DNA of 63,101 bases, the filler included, from Folioceros fuciformis (lineage: Eukaryota): the NCBI GenBank assembly GCA_049999805.1. It is 6 parts of 6 records of this genome, joined end to end, with 100 filler letters (N's around TTAATTAATTAA, not from the genome) between each part and the next. Parts side by side here need not be neighbours in the genome. Positions count along the whole stretch, not along the records: positions 14,591 to 29,865 come from JBNGIO010001194.1; positions 29,966 to 35,717 come from JBNGIO010001195.1; positions 35,818 to 42,226 come from JBNGIO010001196.1; 3 more parts are not named here. One strand, given 5' to 3'. This document shows positions 24,864-36,523 of the stretch, piece after piece. The notes beneath the pieces are model-generated. The model saw only the letters and a program-made list of their open reading frames with translations. It was not told where the DNA came from and searched no databases. A program made the translations under genes and the position numbers. The number at the start of each line of letters is the position of its first letter. The stretch's first letter is position 1.

Positions 24864-26378
24864 CTACTCGAAAACAACTGAAGAGGGTCCCTTCTTGGAA
24901 CCTCCGTTGCCCTCATTCTCCTCATCGTCATCTCGGAATCGCTTGTGCGAGTTCCTCTTCCCTTGGTACCCATTCTCTTGCCGATCATCCTTGCCCTGAA
25001 AACCACCTCTGAATCCACCCCGCCCACCTCTGTAACCGGAATGGTGGCCACCCCTGCCTCCACGCCCTCTGTGATCCCCTCTGCCCGCGCAATTCCGCCT
25101 TCTAAGTTGCCCTTCCCTGAGCTTCTTCCAATACTCCTTCTCCGCGTCTCCATCAACAGACTCCACCGTCATCAAGAAACCCTTCAGTGCTAGGCCACCC
25201 GCCTCTGCTATAATGGCCGCTGTCCTAGCTTCTTGCGCTTCTTCGGGGCTCTCGAACCTCACAAAACCAGAAGTCGCGCCCCTTGTAAAATCGACGAATC
25301 TTACAACGCCAAACTGCTCCATGCAAGCCTTGATGTCTTCGCGTATCAAGCCGTTCTCGCCGATGCTTTTATCTCCCTCCTCCGACGCACTTGCTGCCAG
25401 TGCACCTTCCGCTGCAGTGTCGGAGGGAACTCCCTCCGGCTTACTTGCAGCGGTACCATCCGCTGTACTGTCGGAAGCGACACCTTCCGCCTCAATTTCA
25501 GAAGGAGCAGCGACCTCCGCTGCAGCATCAGACCCCACGTCCTCCGCCTTGCTGGCTCCTGAAGAGCTTTTGACTGCATCTTCCTCCGCCGGAACCCCTG
25601 CTGCATTTCTATTACTACTACCAGTCTCCTGTTTCTCCGGATTTTCCTTGCCTAACTCGGACAAAAAGAAGGCGACGATGAGACCCTGAGGATAAAATAA
25701 CTCCCCTTCAGCCTCCGCTCGCTCCCGCTCCAACTTGGCCTCCTGCTCCAACCTCGCATCCCGCTCTGCCGACAACTTCTTCATCCGCTCATCGAACGCC
25801 ACCTTCGGCTCCACCTCCAGCTCCACACCAATTTCCTCATATAAAGGCGCCGACCCGATCAACTTCTTCGCCTCCTCCTCCGTCGCGAACTCGATCAACG
25901 CCGAGCCACAAAACACCTTCGCAATGGGGCTCCGCGGCAACCTAACACTATTCACCTTCCCGAACGCAGCAAAAAAGGATTCCATCATCTCCAAGGTAGT
26001 GTCATAGGGCAAGGGCCCCGCAGCCACGGTCCTTGCATCAACCTCCGCCTGCACAACCTCCGGCCTCTCCAAATTCTCCAGCCTTCCCACTCTCATTCCA
26101 TCCTCCGACAAACGCAACAAGGCCGACTTCCTCAAAACCTGGGCAACTCCCAGTGTGATGTCCGCAGTCACAGCCTCCAGTCCATGCTCCTTCAGACCTA
26201 AATGACTCCTCATTCTGGAGAAAGAGCACACCACCTGGAGACTCACCAGCCCATCGTCGCTCGTCTCAATGGACTTCAGCAAAAACTTGTCTCGGGGAAG
26301 ATTGCTGTCACTGAAGTAGAACTCCACCTGCCTCAGGATCTTGGCTGCCGTGTCCTCGCTGAAGTCGAGAGGAGCCAT
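24864..26378 (-). CDS. LA1: Genuine La protein (La motif, RRM1, RRM2), intronless
   Basis: KILRQVEFYFSDSNLPRDKFL La motif, RRM (VNSVRLPR, GSALIEF), RRM2 (REDIK, VRFVDFTRGATSGFVRF, EKEYW), RGG-rich tail; first ATG at 26378 (MAPLDF). Confidence 0.93.
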   Translation of the reverse strand: MAPLDFSEDTAAKILRQVEFYFSDSNLPRDKFLLKSIETSDDGLVSLQVVCSFSRMRSHLGLKEHGLEAVTADITLGVAQVLRKSALLRLSEDGMRVGRLENLERPEVVQAEVDARTVAAGPLPYDTTLEMMESFFAAFGKVNSVRLPRSPIAKVFCGSALIEFATEEEAKKLIGSAPLYEEIGVELEVEPKVAFDERMKKLSAERDARLEQEAKLERERAEAEGELFYPQGLIVAFFLSELGKENPEKQETGSSNRNAAGVPAEEDAVKSSSGASKAEDVGSDAAAEVAAPSEIEAEGVASDSTADGTAASKPEGVPSDTAAEGALAASASEEGDKSIGENGLIREDIKACMEQFGVVRFVDFTRGATSGFVRFESPEEAQEARTAAIIAEAGGLALKGFLMTVESVDGDAEKEYWKKLREGQLRRRNCAGRGDHRGRGGRGGHHSGYRGGRGGFRGGFQGKDDRQENGYQGKRNSHKRFRDDDEENEGNGGSKKGPSSVVFE

Positions 26379-26716
26379 CCCCGCACCACAGAAATTCCAG
26401 AATCCTTTCACGCTCTACTCCTCCGAAATTGATATGATCCAGTCCTGAATTCCGCTCAGCACCCGAGCACTGTGACCTGGGTACAACAGCAGCTCAGAGC
26501 AACCCGAGCCCTAGCAGCCTGACCTAACCCGGTGACCGCTCAACGTTCACCGGAATAAACGGTAATCGGTGGCAAGGAAGCGTACATCAAATTGCGTGCA
26601 TACACACATTTTTAGAAGCTTCCAAGCAGCACGAGATATCTGCCTACAGTATTTTGATTGTCTTCCGATTTTTACGATGAAGCGCCCCGCCTATTCTTGG
26701 CGGCCTTAGCGGGGCC

Positions 26717-28374
26717 ATGACATTTGAGCGAGGCAATTTCGAGGAGAATGCGATCATGCGAGAGCGCCTGCAGATCCCAAATCGAGACGTATGCAATTCT
26801 GCGCAGAGCGGGATTCGAATGATCAGCGATGGAGCTGGCCATGAGGATGGGAAGGCCAGTAGCATGGTAGTTGGGAGTGGAGCAAGCTCGGGGCTCCATC
26901 AGCGGGGGCATGACACGAAATTGTGCTTTCCTCGGCCGGTTGCCGAATATGGAGATGAAATTGCCGCCCTGGATGAGAAGGAAAGTAGGAGGATGAAGAG
27001 AAACAAGGCCATCAAGACGTCCAAGCATTTGTTTGCGGGCGCGATGTCGGCTATAGTTTCCAGGTTTGCATTCCGAGGCTCAAATTCTGAGGTGGGAAGA
27101 GGGAAGTTGTGCTGTTTCAGGGATGGGATTGCCTTGTTAGGTTTCGGGTTTAGATCGGGGGTGTGTGTATGAGTTGATTCTGTTCGGGTTGCGGTGATAA
27201 CTTTGGCTGGCGTTGTTTTTTGGTTGCCTGATCATGCAGTGCTGCTTTGCAGAACTGTTGTTGCACCGTTAGAGCGTCTTAAGCTCGAGTACATTGTTCG
27301 TGGGGCAACAAAGAATGTGCTAGTTACTGTTCAAGACATTTTGTGTGATGAGGGCTTGAGAGGGTTTTGGAAAGGCAATGTCGTCAATCTGATTCGAACT
27401 GCACCCTTCAAATCAGTGAATTTTTTCGCTTACGACACTTATCGTAAGCAATGGCTGCTGCTGACGGGCAAACAGGAGGTGTCCAATTTTGAGAAGCTTT
27501 GTGCAGGGGCTGCGGCAGGGATAACGGCTACTCTCATCTGTTTCCCCATGGATACTGTATGTTTTTTTCTTATTTTGTATATTCTCTGGTTGTGTGCTTC
27601 GAATTTGGTTCTTGTGTATTTCAAGCATGGATTGATTTGTGCGGTGATTTGTGACAGAAGTGTAAGAACCATTTTGTGTAAGAGGCTGCTAAAATGCTGC
27701 TTGCAGATCCGAACGAGAATGGTGGCTCCAGGAGGGGAAAAATTGGGCGGTATAATTGGATGTGCCTCTCAGATGATCCGTACCGAGGGCTTTACTTCTC
27801 TGTATAAGGGTCTATTGCCAGCTGTTGTCAGTATGGCTCCTTCTGGTGCTGTATTCTATGGAGTATACGATATCTTGAAGACAAACTATTTGAAGTCACC
27901 CAAGGGACAGAAGGACACCAAGGAACGACTTGAGCGGGAGAAGCAGCTCCGTCTGTCCAATCCAGGAGGGTCAGACCCGATGAGGACTTTGGAGATCGGA
28001 CCACTGAGAACCCTGTTGTTTGGAGCTATAGCTGGGGCATGTGCTGAGACAGCAACCTACCCTTTTGAAGTTGTGCGACGCCAGTTGCAAATGCAGGAGG
28101 CCGCTACAAAGCTTAGCATCATAGGGACGACCCGTGCGATTGTGGAAAGAGGGGGAGTCGGTGCTCTGTATGCTGGTCTCCTGCCCAGCACGTTTCAGGT
28201 TGGTTCTGTCCTTCTGGCTTTCCTGTGGACATTGTCGTGCTCGTGGAGCCCAGCCATCGTGTGTTGTGTGGACTGAGCGGTTAGCTGTACTGGGAACTCT
28301 TGCAGGTTCTTCCATCTGCTGCTCTGAGCTACTTCGTATACGAGACTATGAAGATCGTTCTACAGGTGGAGTGA
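26717..28374 (+). CDS. Mitochondrial carrier family protein (Brittle1-like/BTL3-type); exons 26717-27063, 27253-27556, 27707-28198, 28306-28374
   Basis: Three PxD/ExxK/R repeats (APLERLK, FPMDTIR, YPFEVVR), KHLFAGAMSAIVSR, GFWKGN; GT-AG introns in frame. Confidence 0.92.
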
Positions 28375-29346
28375 TGTGCAAGCTGAAAATAGCGCAAACG
28401 CTAACCAACGGGCACCTTTCCCAGTAGAGCATCTGGCCGGGTACAATAGCACGTGGAAATATTGATCCAAATGGACACTTGTCAAGGACCAGGGCGCTAA
28501 CCATTTTTTTAAACTTAGGCCAGCTTATTTTTGAGTAAAACGAATCATGTGACACGGAATTTGAAGTTTGAGCACAGCATCATAGGTGTTGAACAATTAC
28601 GTGTTCAGCATAAATAGTTTGAAAATTATGATCCATCAATCATAAATAATCGTCAGGCTTCCCGCACATACTTAGAAGCAGTTCACGTGCTTTCCCCGTC
28701 CCAGTCCAGAAACATGAGCGCATCTACTTCATTCAGCGTTGCCTTGCAGCCCCCAACAGTGTTGGCGATCCTGAGATTCCGAGGAGCAGATGTCTGAAAT
28801 TCGAGTTGCAGGCCCGTGCTTCAGCTGTGATCTAACGTCCAACGCGAGTTCACCTCGTCTCCACAATCTTCTCGCCCTCGCCACTGATAGGTGAACTAGG
28901 AGTAGTAGACCATCGCCTTCCACACTAAGCAACAGAGTGCTCTGCGCCAACAAGTGCGATTGTTACAACATTTATGAAAAAACGTGATTGCTGAAAGAGG
29001 AGATAACCTCAGGGGCGTACTTGCTCTGTGCCTGAAGATCATAATATGCAGCCTGAATATACTCCACTCCATCCTCCGCGTTGTGAAAATCGTGGAACTG
29101 CAGCTCAGGTATGTGACTGTCCGTCAGCGCATTCCCCAAAGCCCTGGTGGGTCATCGAGCACAACAGGGCAACGGCTCCCGGTGAGTCAGCTGCAGAACC
29201 TGCACGCTCGTCCTCCTGGCTTGCGTCCTCGAGCGAGAGACTGCTCCGGGACGATCTTCAAGAGTGACGGAGAATCTCCCGCATCTGCTGAGAGGCCGGC
29301 ATCATGTCTCATGCTTCTAGCGATCTCTTTCGAGACGGCTAAGAAG

Positions 29347-29865
29347 TTAAGGGTGTATAGAAGAAGGCTTGGTTGCTGGCGACGCAGGAGGCCCTAGTGA
29401 GCTTGGCACGGGCATCGGCTCTCTGGTGGCGTACGGGCCCATGGGAACAGTAGGCGAGGGAAGCATAGGTGAGCCGATGGCCACCACCGGCTGCCCGATC
29501 ACCGTCGACTGCCCTGTGATAGGTCCCTGCTGCTGCATCATGGCGTCTCCGTTCGCCACGCTGGTGATGTCATGAATACTGGTCCTCTTCCTCTCCTTAT
29601 TGATCGAGTTCAAGCGGATAAAATACTTCTGCGCATGGCTGGCAACCTGCGTCGGCGTCCGGGACAGCACAAAGTTCCTCGATATATTCCTCCAATCTCC
29701 CTTCCCATACTTGTTCAACCCTAGCAGGAACAATCTGCTCAAACAAACACGGCAAGCAACACCAACACCAGCAGCTCATCAGACACATCCATCCATAGCA
29801 CCAAACTTCTCCCTCCCGCACCCGTAGGGACCGGATCACACATATCAACTTCCACGCACCGATGC
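29347..29865 (-). CDS. DIVARICATA-like SHAQKYF MYB transcription factor, 3' part (5' end lost in gap); last exon 29734-29347
   Basis: [43 protein letters not shown]...RTSIHDIT, with an intron at the conserved position. Confidence 0.92.
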
Positions 29866-29965
29866 NNNNNNNNNNNNNNNNNNNNNNNNNNNNNNNNNNN
29901 NNNNNNNNNTTAATTAATTAANNNNNNNNNNNNNNNNNNNNNNNNNNNNNNNNNNNNNNNNNNNN
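29866..29965. other. Assembly gap linker
   Basis: N44-TTAATTAATTAA-N44. Confidence 0.97.
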
Positions 29966-30330
29966 CATCTGCCACATAATCCCTATGCAGAAAGATATAA
30001 TAGGACCTTGCACGAAAGGACGAGAGCAGCTCTTACTTTGGCTGGACTCACACAAGGTTATTGGGCGGAAGCCGTTGACTCTATCAATTATGTATGCAAC
30101 AAGCTACCTTTGAAACCATTTTATGACACCACACCTTTTGAAAAGGTGGACTGGTCACAAGCCGCATATCGGCCACCTTAGGACTTTTGGTGCCATAGCT
30201 TATGCTTTCATACCAGAAGATAAACGCAAGAAGATGGACAACAAGCTACTAAGATGTATTCATTGGGTATTCAGACACTATTAAAGGATACAAGCTTTAT
30301 AATCCATCTACTCGGGAGCTATCTATAGCT
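29966..30330 (+). mobile_element. Copia integrase C-terminal fragment
   Basis: NRTLHERTRAALTLAGLTQGYWAEAV, GHLRTFGAIAYAFIPEDKRKKMDNK, GYSDTIKGYKLY. Confidence 0.88.
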
Positions 30331-32437
30331 CTTATTCCCTCACTGTTAGCTGTATCCCTGCCTTAGTAGGGAAGTATGGGTGAGAAGGAGAAGGAGTGTG
30401 GCGCTGGAGATGGAGGAGGTGAAGGGGTGTGGAGAGTGGGAAACTGGTTGAGCCCAAGCTATGGTGAGGGAGACGAATCCGCCACTGCGCGGAGTGGAAG
30501 GGGGATCCCTCCTTCCCATATTTCTTGAGCTGTGGGTTGTGGTGAGTGAGCGTGAGGTGTGGTTGATTTGCGAGACCTGGTTGTCCGGGGGTGGCGCCTG
30601 TATGCATGAAAAGTACTATGTAAGTCCCGACCTACGAGACTTGGAGTTTTGGGAAGAACCCCGCGGTGAACCCGTGGCATCGAAGGCATCGAAACATAGT
30701 CAATTAGGCTATCGGGTGGGCCCCACCACGATCGTGGGCTACAACGACCTACAGGGTTTGTGTGGGCCTCGCGGTGTCCCCGGACACAACATTTTCCTCC
30801 ACACCAGCATAACCCCCTTCCTATTCATGGTCTAACCCCCTGCCTATTCATGGTCCAAGGAACATTGCCCGGCTCTCAGATCCCAGCACATGCTCTCAGA
30901 TCCACATATCGCTTCCCCTGCACCTGCAGCTGCTCCGAGTCCACCACATGCTCTAGGAACTTGGCTCCAACAAATACGCCCTTCCGAACGATACAGAGCA
31001 GGTCCCTTTTTCCCAGAAAGGCTTAGTGGAGTTCATGTTTCTCCAAGCGGCAACAAGACCGAGTGCACCCCTCTATTTGGGAGGCCGTCAACAGAGCGCC
31101 AGTAAATCTTCCGATGGTGAGTCAGCCATGGAAATTCCAGTATCTGTCCCAAGCCTCCGTACTCAAGAATCCATTTCGACAGCTCCGGTTTGACTTTCAG
31201 CACCCACGGGCGTGACCCATGCTTCCATTGGTTCATCCTTTCCCTGTACACAGGCGCACTCCCGGGGGTGGCATAGAACTCCCCATCCCAGGCCACCAGC
31301 CTCTGGCTTGCACCCGTTGTCAGGCAGCTGGGATTCCCAAAAACCATATGTTGTTGTCCACATCGTACCTGAAGTCGGCCGCACCATCCAACATGTAGAG
31401 CTGGTCCTGAAGCAAAGAAAGGTTCCCCAATTGCGTCATCTCACCCTCCTCCCACATGGCCTGCAGGGCTGCCCAACCCCTACTGACGGGATGCAACACC
31501 TTGCTACTGCTTGGGCCCTGCAGCCCGCCAGCCAACCCGAGCCAACTAGTAAGCCCACATCGGCTGCTGCCTAGGCCCTGCAAACCGCAAGCCAACCCGA
31601 GCCGACTGGTTGGCCTGCCCCGCCTGCTGATTGGCCCCGGCCCAGCCTGCCTGCCTATGGCCTTACTGGCCAGCCTGCCAACCAGCCCACCTAACAGCCG
31701 CTGCCTAGCCAGCTTGCCCGGCCATCTGCCACGACTGGCCCGCCTGACTAGATCGATCCCTCAATCCAGCCAGCCTCCGGTTTGTCCTGAGCTGCCTGGC
31801 CTCTAGCTGGTTGGGTTCTGATAGCCACACCACCTAGCTTGGCGACCCGTCCATGCCCGCCTCTCCCGAATCCGCCACTGGCCAGGTCCGCCAGCTAGAG
31901 CCTGGGCGATGCTGGCCCCAGATCCAACCCACCGCCCCGGATCCTGCCAGTCTGCTAATCCAGCCAGGCTACCTGGGGACCGGTTGCGCACCTATCTGCT
32001 AGCTGCCTAGCCACCGATCCTCCCCAACCTGGCTCCCAGGATCCCGCCATCAACTGCTCCTGTCCTGTCTGGCCAGATCCGGTTAGCCAATAGGATCCTC
32101 CTGCAGCTAGTTGGCTAAGCTGCCGACCAAGATCCCCCACTTGCGGCTAGCCCCTGTCTGGCTCCCGCCTGTGCAACCGCCTGCCTACCAGTTGCCAGCC
32201 AACTTGCCGAGCTGCTTGCTCCCATCGAACCCCATTTCCAAATTCAAGGACTCCTATGCTCTGCCTGCTTTGCCAAAAGGTTGATGAACATGAGGCATTC
32301 AGAAGCTTGCCTCCGAAGGCCCAAGGTTCAGACCCTAACCATCCTACCCCGCCCAATTCCCTAATTATTTCCCCATAAACTTCAACTAAAAATAAAAATA
32401 AAAAATCTCTATCATTTTTTTAGGGAATCTATCTACT

Positions 32438-35400
32438 ATGTGGACTCCACATAGCCACTTAAGAGTTTTTGGAGTAGCAGCTTATGCCTACATACCTGTA
32501 GATAAGAGTCAAAGGATGGATAATAAGGTGTCTCAACATGTTTTTGTGGGGTATTCCGACACTATAAAAGGATACAAGCTATACAGTCCATCCACCAAGT
32601 GGCTCATTATAGCTAGAAGAGTAAGTTTCAACGAAACCTTTATTCTTCAGTCCCATCAACATGTTGTGACTGGGCATTCGCCATTGGATCCACCATTTAT
32701 ACAAGGACACACACCTACGTCAGATGACGAAATTCCAAAGTCAACAATGGACTTCCATGAATGTACTTATGATCCTGAAGCAATAGAACCTGTACATGCA
32801 TTAGATCAGAATGATTAGGATGAAGATTATGATGCCTTAGGCCTGTATGGAGATATTGATAATCAGGACCTTGAACAGGAACCAAACCCAGAGTTAGATC
32901 CTTCTCAGGATCAGGATGCAGTACAATTTACACCTGATCATAATGAACTGAATGATGAGCGCACCTACCTAAACCTTAATGACGAATTAGACTTCCTACC
33001 TCTTATGAATGAGGAAGCTGTAGTCCACGTACCTAGTCAATTTATCCCAAGACGGTCAGCACGGACACATTGTGCATGATCAAATTGGATAGACCCACCT
33101 TATGTTATGGGTGATAGCTTAGTATCTAGACAGAATCCATCTAATGATCTTCGCGTTTCCTTAGCACAAATGGCATAACACATGGCACTAGTTGTGATGG
33201 AGCCACCAAGTACACCCACAACATTTAAAGAAGCTCTCACCTCACCACATAAGGAAGACTGGCATAAGGCTATTGACAGTGAATACAAATCATTGATAGA
33301 TAATAAGACGTGGAAACTACTAAAGCTACCAGCATGACAAAGAACTACTACCTCAAAATGGGTGTTTAAGCTCAAGCTTAACCCCAATGGGTCTGTAGCC
33401 AGATATAAGGCCCGCCTCGTTCCACAAGGCTACACGCAAGTATAGGGACTCAACTATAATGAAACTTTTAGTCCCGTTGTCAAGCCAACCTCTATGCATA
33501 TTCTACTATGCTATGCCATACAACACAATCTATTAGTCCATCCGATGGATGTAAAAACAGCATTTCTAAACGGAGCTCTCGATGAAACTATCTATATGGA
33601 GCAACCAGAGGGATACGTAAAGGATCCTACCTTGGTATGAGAACTTCTCAAGTTGATATATGGCTTAAAACAGTCAGCCCGTATATGGAATGCGAGGGTG
33701 GATAAAAAGCTTAGAGCTCTCGGTTTCATTCCACTTACAGCTAAATTTAGCATGTATATCCTGCAAACAGACACAGAGCTTTGCATCATCGTACTCTACA
33801 TGGATGATAACTTTATATTTGCTAATAACTTTCAAGTGCTTACCAAAGTTAAAAGGCTCCTTAGTGAAGAAAATGAGACATGACTGATGTTGGACCCCTG
33901 CAATTCGCACTTGGGATTCAATTTCTTTTCAGCAGTGTCCACAATTCTGCCACCTTACATCAAGAGCACTTTATCAGGCAAATACTTACAAAATTCAAGG
34001 TGGAGGACATAAACCTTGTCACCACCCTTGTTGTGGTAGGAGAAAAATTGTCACTTCAGAACTGTCCAACCATAGATGCTAAGAAACACGAGATGTTGCA
34101 AATTCCTTCCAGAGAAGTCATTGGAAGTTTGCTGTACTTGGCAAGTTGGACTCGTCCTGACATCTCACAGGCCACATGGATAGTGTCAAGGTACTTGTTC
34201 AATCTAGGTAAGAAGCACTGGATTGCGGTCAAAAGGATACTCAGATATTTAAAGGGAATAAGGCACCTATGTCTTAAGTACACAGGCCACATATTTTCAC
34301 CTAACCTATTATTCGGATGCTGATTGGGCAAGAGACATAAATGGCAAAAAATCCATTGCTACCTACTCTACGGTGCTATGTGTATCAACAATTAGTTGGC
34401 AAAGTAAAAAGCTATCCACTATCAACCTCTCCTCAATAGAGGCTAAGTATAGTGCCTTGTCTCTAGCAACACGTGAAATCAGCTGGATCAAACAGTTTCT
34501 GACTGAAATCCACGTTCCACAAACAGAGGTGACAATTCTGCGATGTGATAACCAATCCGCTATCGCTTTATCTGCTAATCCAGTCCTTCACGCAAGATCT
34601 AAACACATTAAGATGCAATGCCACTACATAAGGCAGGCAATCGACCAGAAGCTGATACAACTTTAATATGTCCCAACAGCAAATAATGTTGCAAATATAC
34701 TAACAAAAGGGCTTTCCAAACCTCTTCACAAGCATCACAGGGACTCTTTGGGTCTTAAGCTAAATACAAGCATAGCCCAAAGCCATGTAATCCACACAAG
34801 TTAAGAGGACAATGAAAAATTCTGACCGAAGCGTGAGGAGGACAACTTACGAGTAAGCATTTGCCCTGCTTAGGATCATATATCACAGTTTCTAAATGAC
34901 CTGTAACAGCACAAGAACACACATCACGAGCTCTGGATGAAGTGCAACGAATATCAAATAAGAGATACACTGATATTTCTTTTAGTTAACCTTTTCATCT
35001 CTAGCAAAGTTTTCTTCATGATCATCAGGCAAGAGCATTACAAATGTTTTGGAGACCAGGAGCAGATTCTCCTATGACAAGGACGAGCTTTGAAGGCTCT
35101 GAAGCTGTTGACTTTTCTTTCTAGGTGCTCTTCCCCTTTCACATACGAGTTACATGTGCACAGCTTCTTGCCGCACGCGACAACTCCTCCACAATGGGCG
35201 TGTGACGCGCTACTCCCTGGCAGGTTGACATTAGGAGCAGCTAACAAGATTGCGAGTGCAATCTCTTGAGCATGATCCAGAAACCACAAAAAGCCAGACA
35301 CCGTCATGATTGACACGGAGGAGATGGTTCCCGACGACGAAGCGGTGAAGACTGACCACTTTAGCGTTTTGGCAGCCAAGGTTAGGGTTTTAGATTTAAC

Positions 35401-35580
35401 CCTTTGCAGTCAAATAATTTTTTTTATCCCAAGTTAGGCCTGAGGAAGAGTGTTAAGTAATAATTATATTATGCTTCAGCCCTAACTAGGCCAATGGGGG
35501 TTAGATATGAAAAGGAATTTATAAGTTATTAATTAAATTTTAGGTTTAACCAAATAGACACATAGAAAACATTACATCAT
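32438..35580 (+). mobile_element. Ty1/copia element 3' part: integrase C-term, RT, RNase H, long 3' region, PPT and start of 3' LTR (degenerate)
   Basis: HLRVFGVAAYAYIP; RT SKWVFKLK..YKARL, MDVKTAFLNG, IYGLKQSARIWN, LYMDD; RNase H ISWQSKK, CDNQSAIALS, HARSKHI; purine tract tgaggaagag (35441-35450) followed by TG at 35451. Confidence 0.93.
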
Positions 35581-35717
35581 TTTATTCAACCTTTTGTTCG
35601 TTTGAGTTATCATTATTATTATTCCTTTTTCTTAGCATGCTCCGCACTCTTTCTTCCATGTTTTGTCTAGCATGAGCAACTCCATTTTACAAGGTGGAAG
35701 ACCACATAGTGTGGTTG

Positions 35718-35817
35718 NNNNNNNNNNNNNNNNNNNNNNNNNNNNNNNNNNNNNNNNNNNNTTAATTAATTAANNNNNNNNNNNNNNNNNNNNNNNNNNN
35801 NNNNNNNNNNNNNNNNN
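35718..35817. other. Assembly gap linker
   Basis: N44-TTAATTAATTAA-N44. Confidence 0.97.
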
Positions 35818-35868
35818 AGAACTAACAAGTTGTGAGAAAGACATAATTGGCATGTCTACTCCCTGTTG

Positions 35869-36513
35869 CTAAGCTAGAAGTGCCGCTTGTGTTTGAGCAG
35901 CAGTGTGTGAGGTCATGAAATGAGACCAAGATTCAGGAAGGGAGAGCATGAGCCTCATCACTATTTCATCATCAGTCATACTAACTTTGGAAGCTCCTTC
36001 CAATCTTAAGGCCAGAATCCTGAAGGTATTCACGTGCTTCTCTACTGAATCACCTTCCCTCATTCTCAAGTTTTGGAAGTTCCTCAAAGCAATCATTGCA
36101 CTGACCATATTATGACTTGCATACAATTCCTTGAGGCGTGTCCAGATATCAGATGAAGTCTTCCCCCCTACAGTCTGACTCAACATTTCAGATGTTAGGC
36201 CACTATGAATGAGGTATTTGGCTGCGCTGTCTTTAGCTAACCAATATGCTTTGCATGTAGTCCCCACGCTAGGAAAAGATATATTTCCAGTTGCATATTT
36301 CAGGAGTCCTCTCATTTCAAGGACGCCTTCCATCCGGATAAGCCAGAAATCAAAGTTAGTACCATTAAATCTATCCTTGTCTTTAAAAGTTTGTGTGCTA
36401 AGGATAGATGATGATGAAACTGTATCACCCATATTGGATTTGGATGATGTAAATATAGGCTCTGCTTTGTTTATGTCAAAATTTATTTCCTGATCACTGT
36501 TTGATTCGACCAT
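35869..36513 (-). CDS. Copia gag (N-terminal part, ends at in-frame stop near gap)
   Basis: DRFNGTNFDFWLIRM, IWTRLKELY, FQNLRMREGDSVEKHVNTF, LMLSLPESW (UBN2/gag motifs). Confidence 0.9.
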   Translation of the reverse strand: MVESNSDQEINFDINKAEPIFTSSKSNMGDTVSSSSILSTQTFKDKDRFNGTNFDFWLIRMEGVLEMRGLLKYATGNISFPSVGTTCKAYWLAKDSAAKYLIHSGLTSEMLSQTVGGKTSSDIWTRLKELYASHNMVSAMIALRNFQNLRMREGDSVEKHVNTFRILALRLEGASKVSMTDDEIVMRLMLSLPESWSHFMTSHTAAQTQAALLA

Positions 36514-36523
36514 ACACTTCTAC

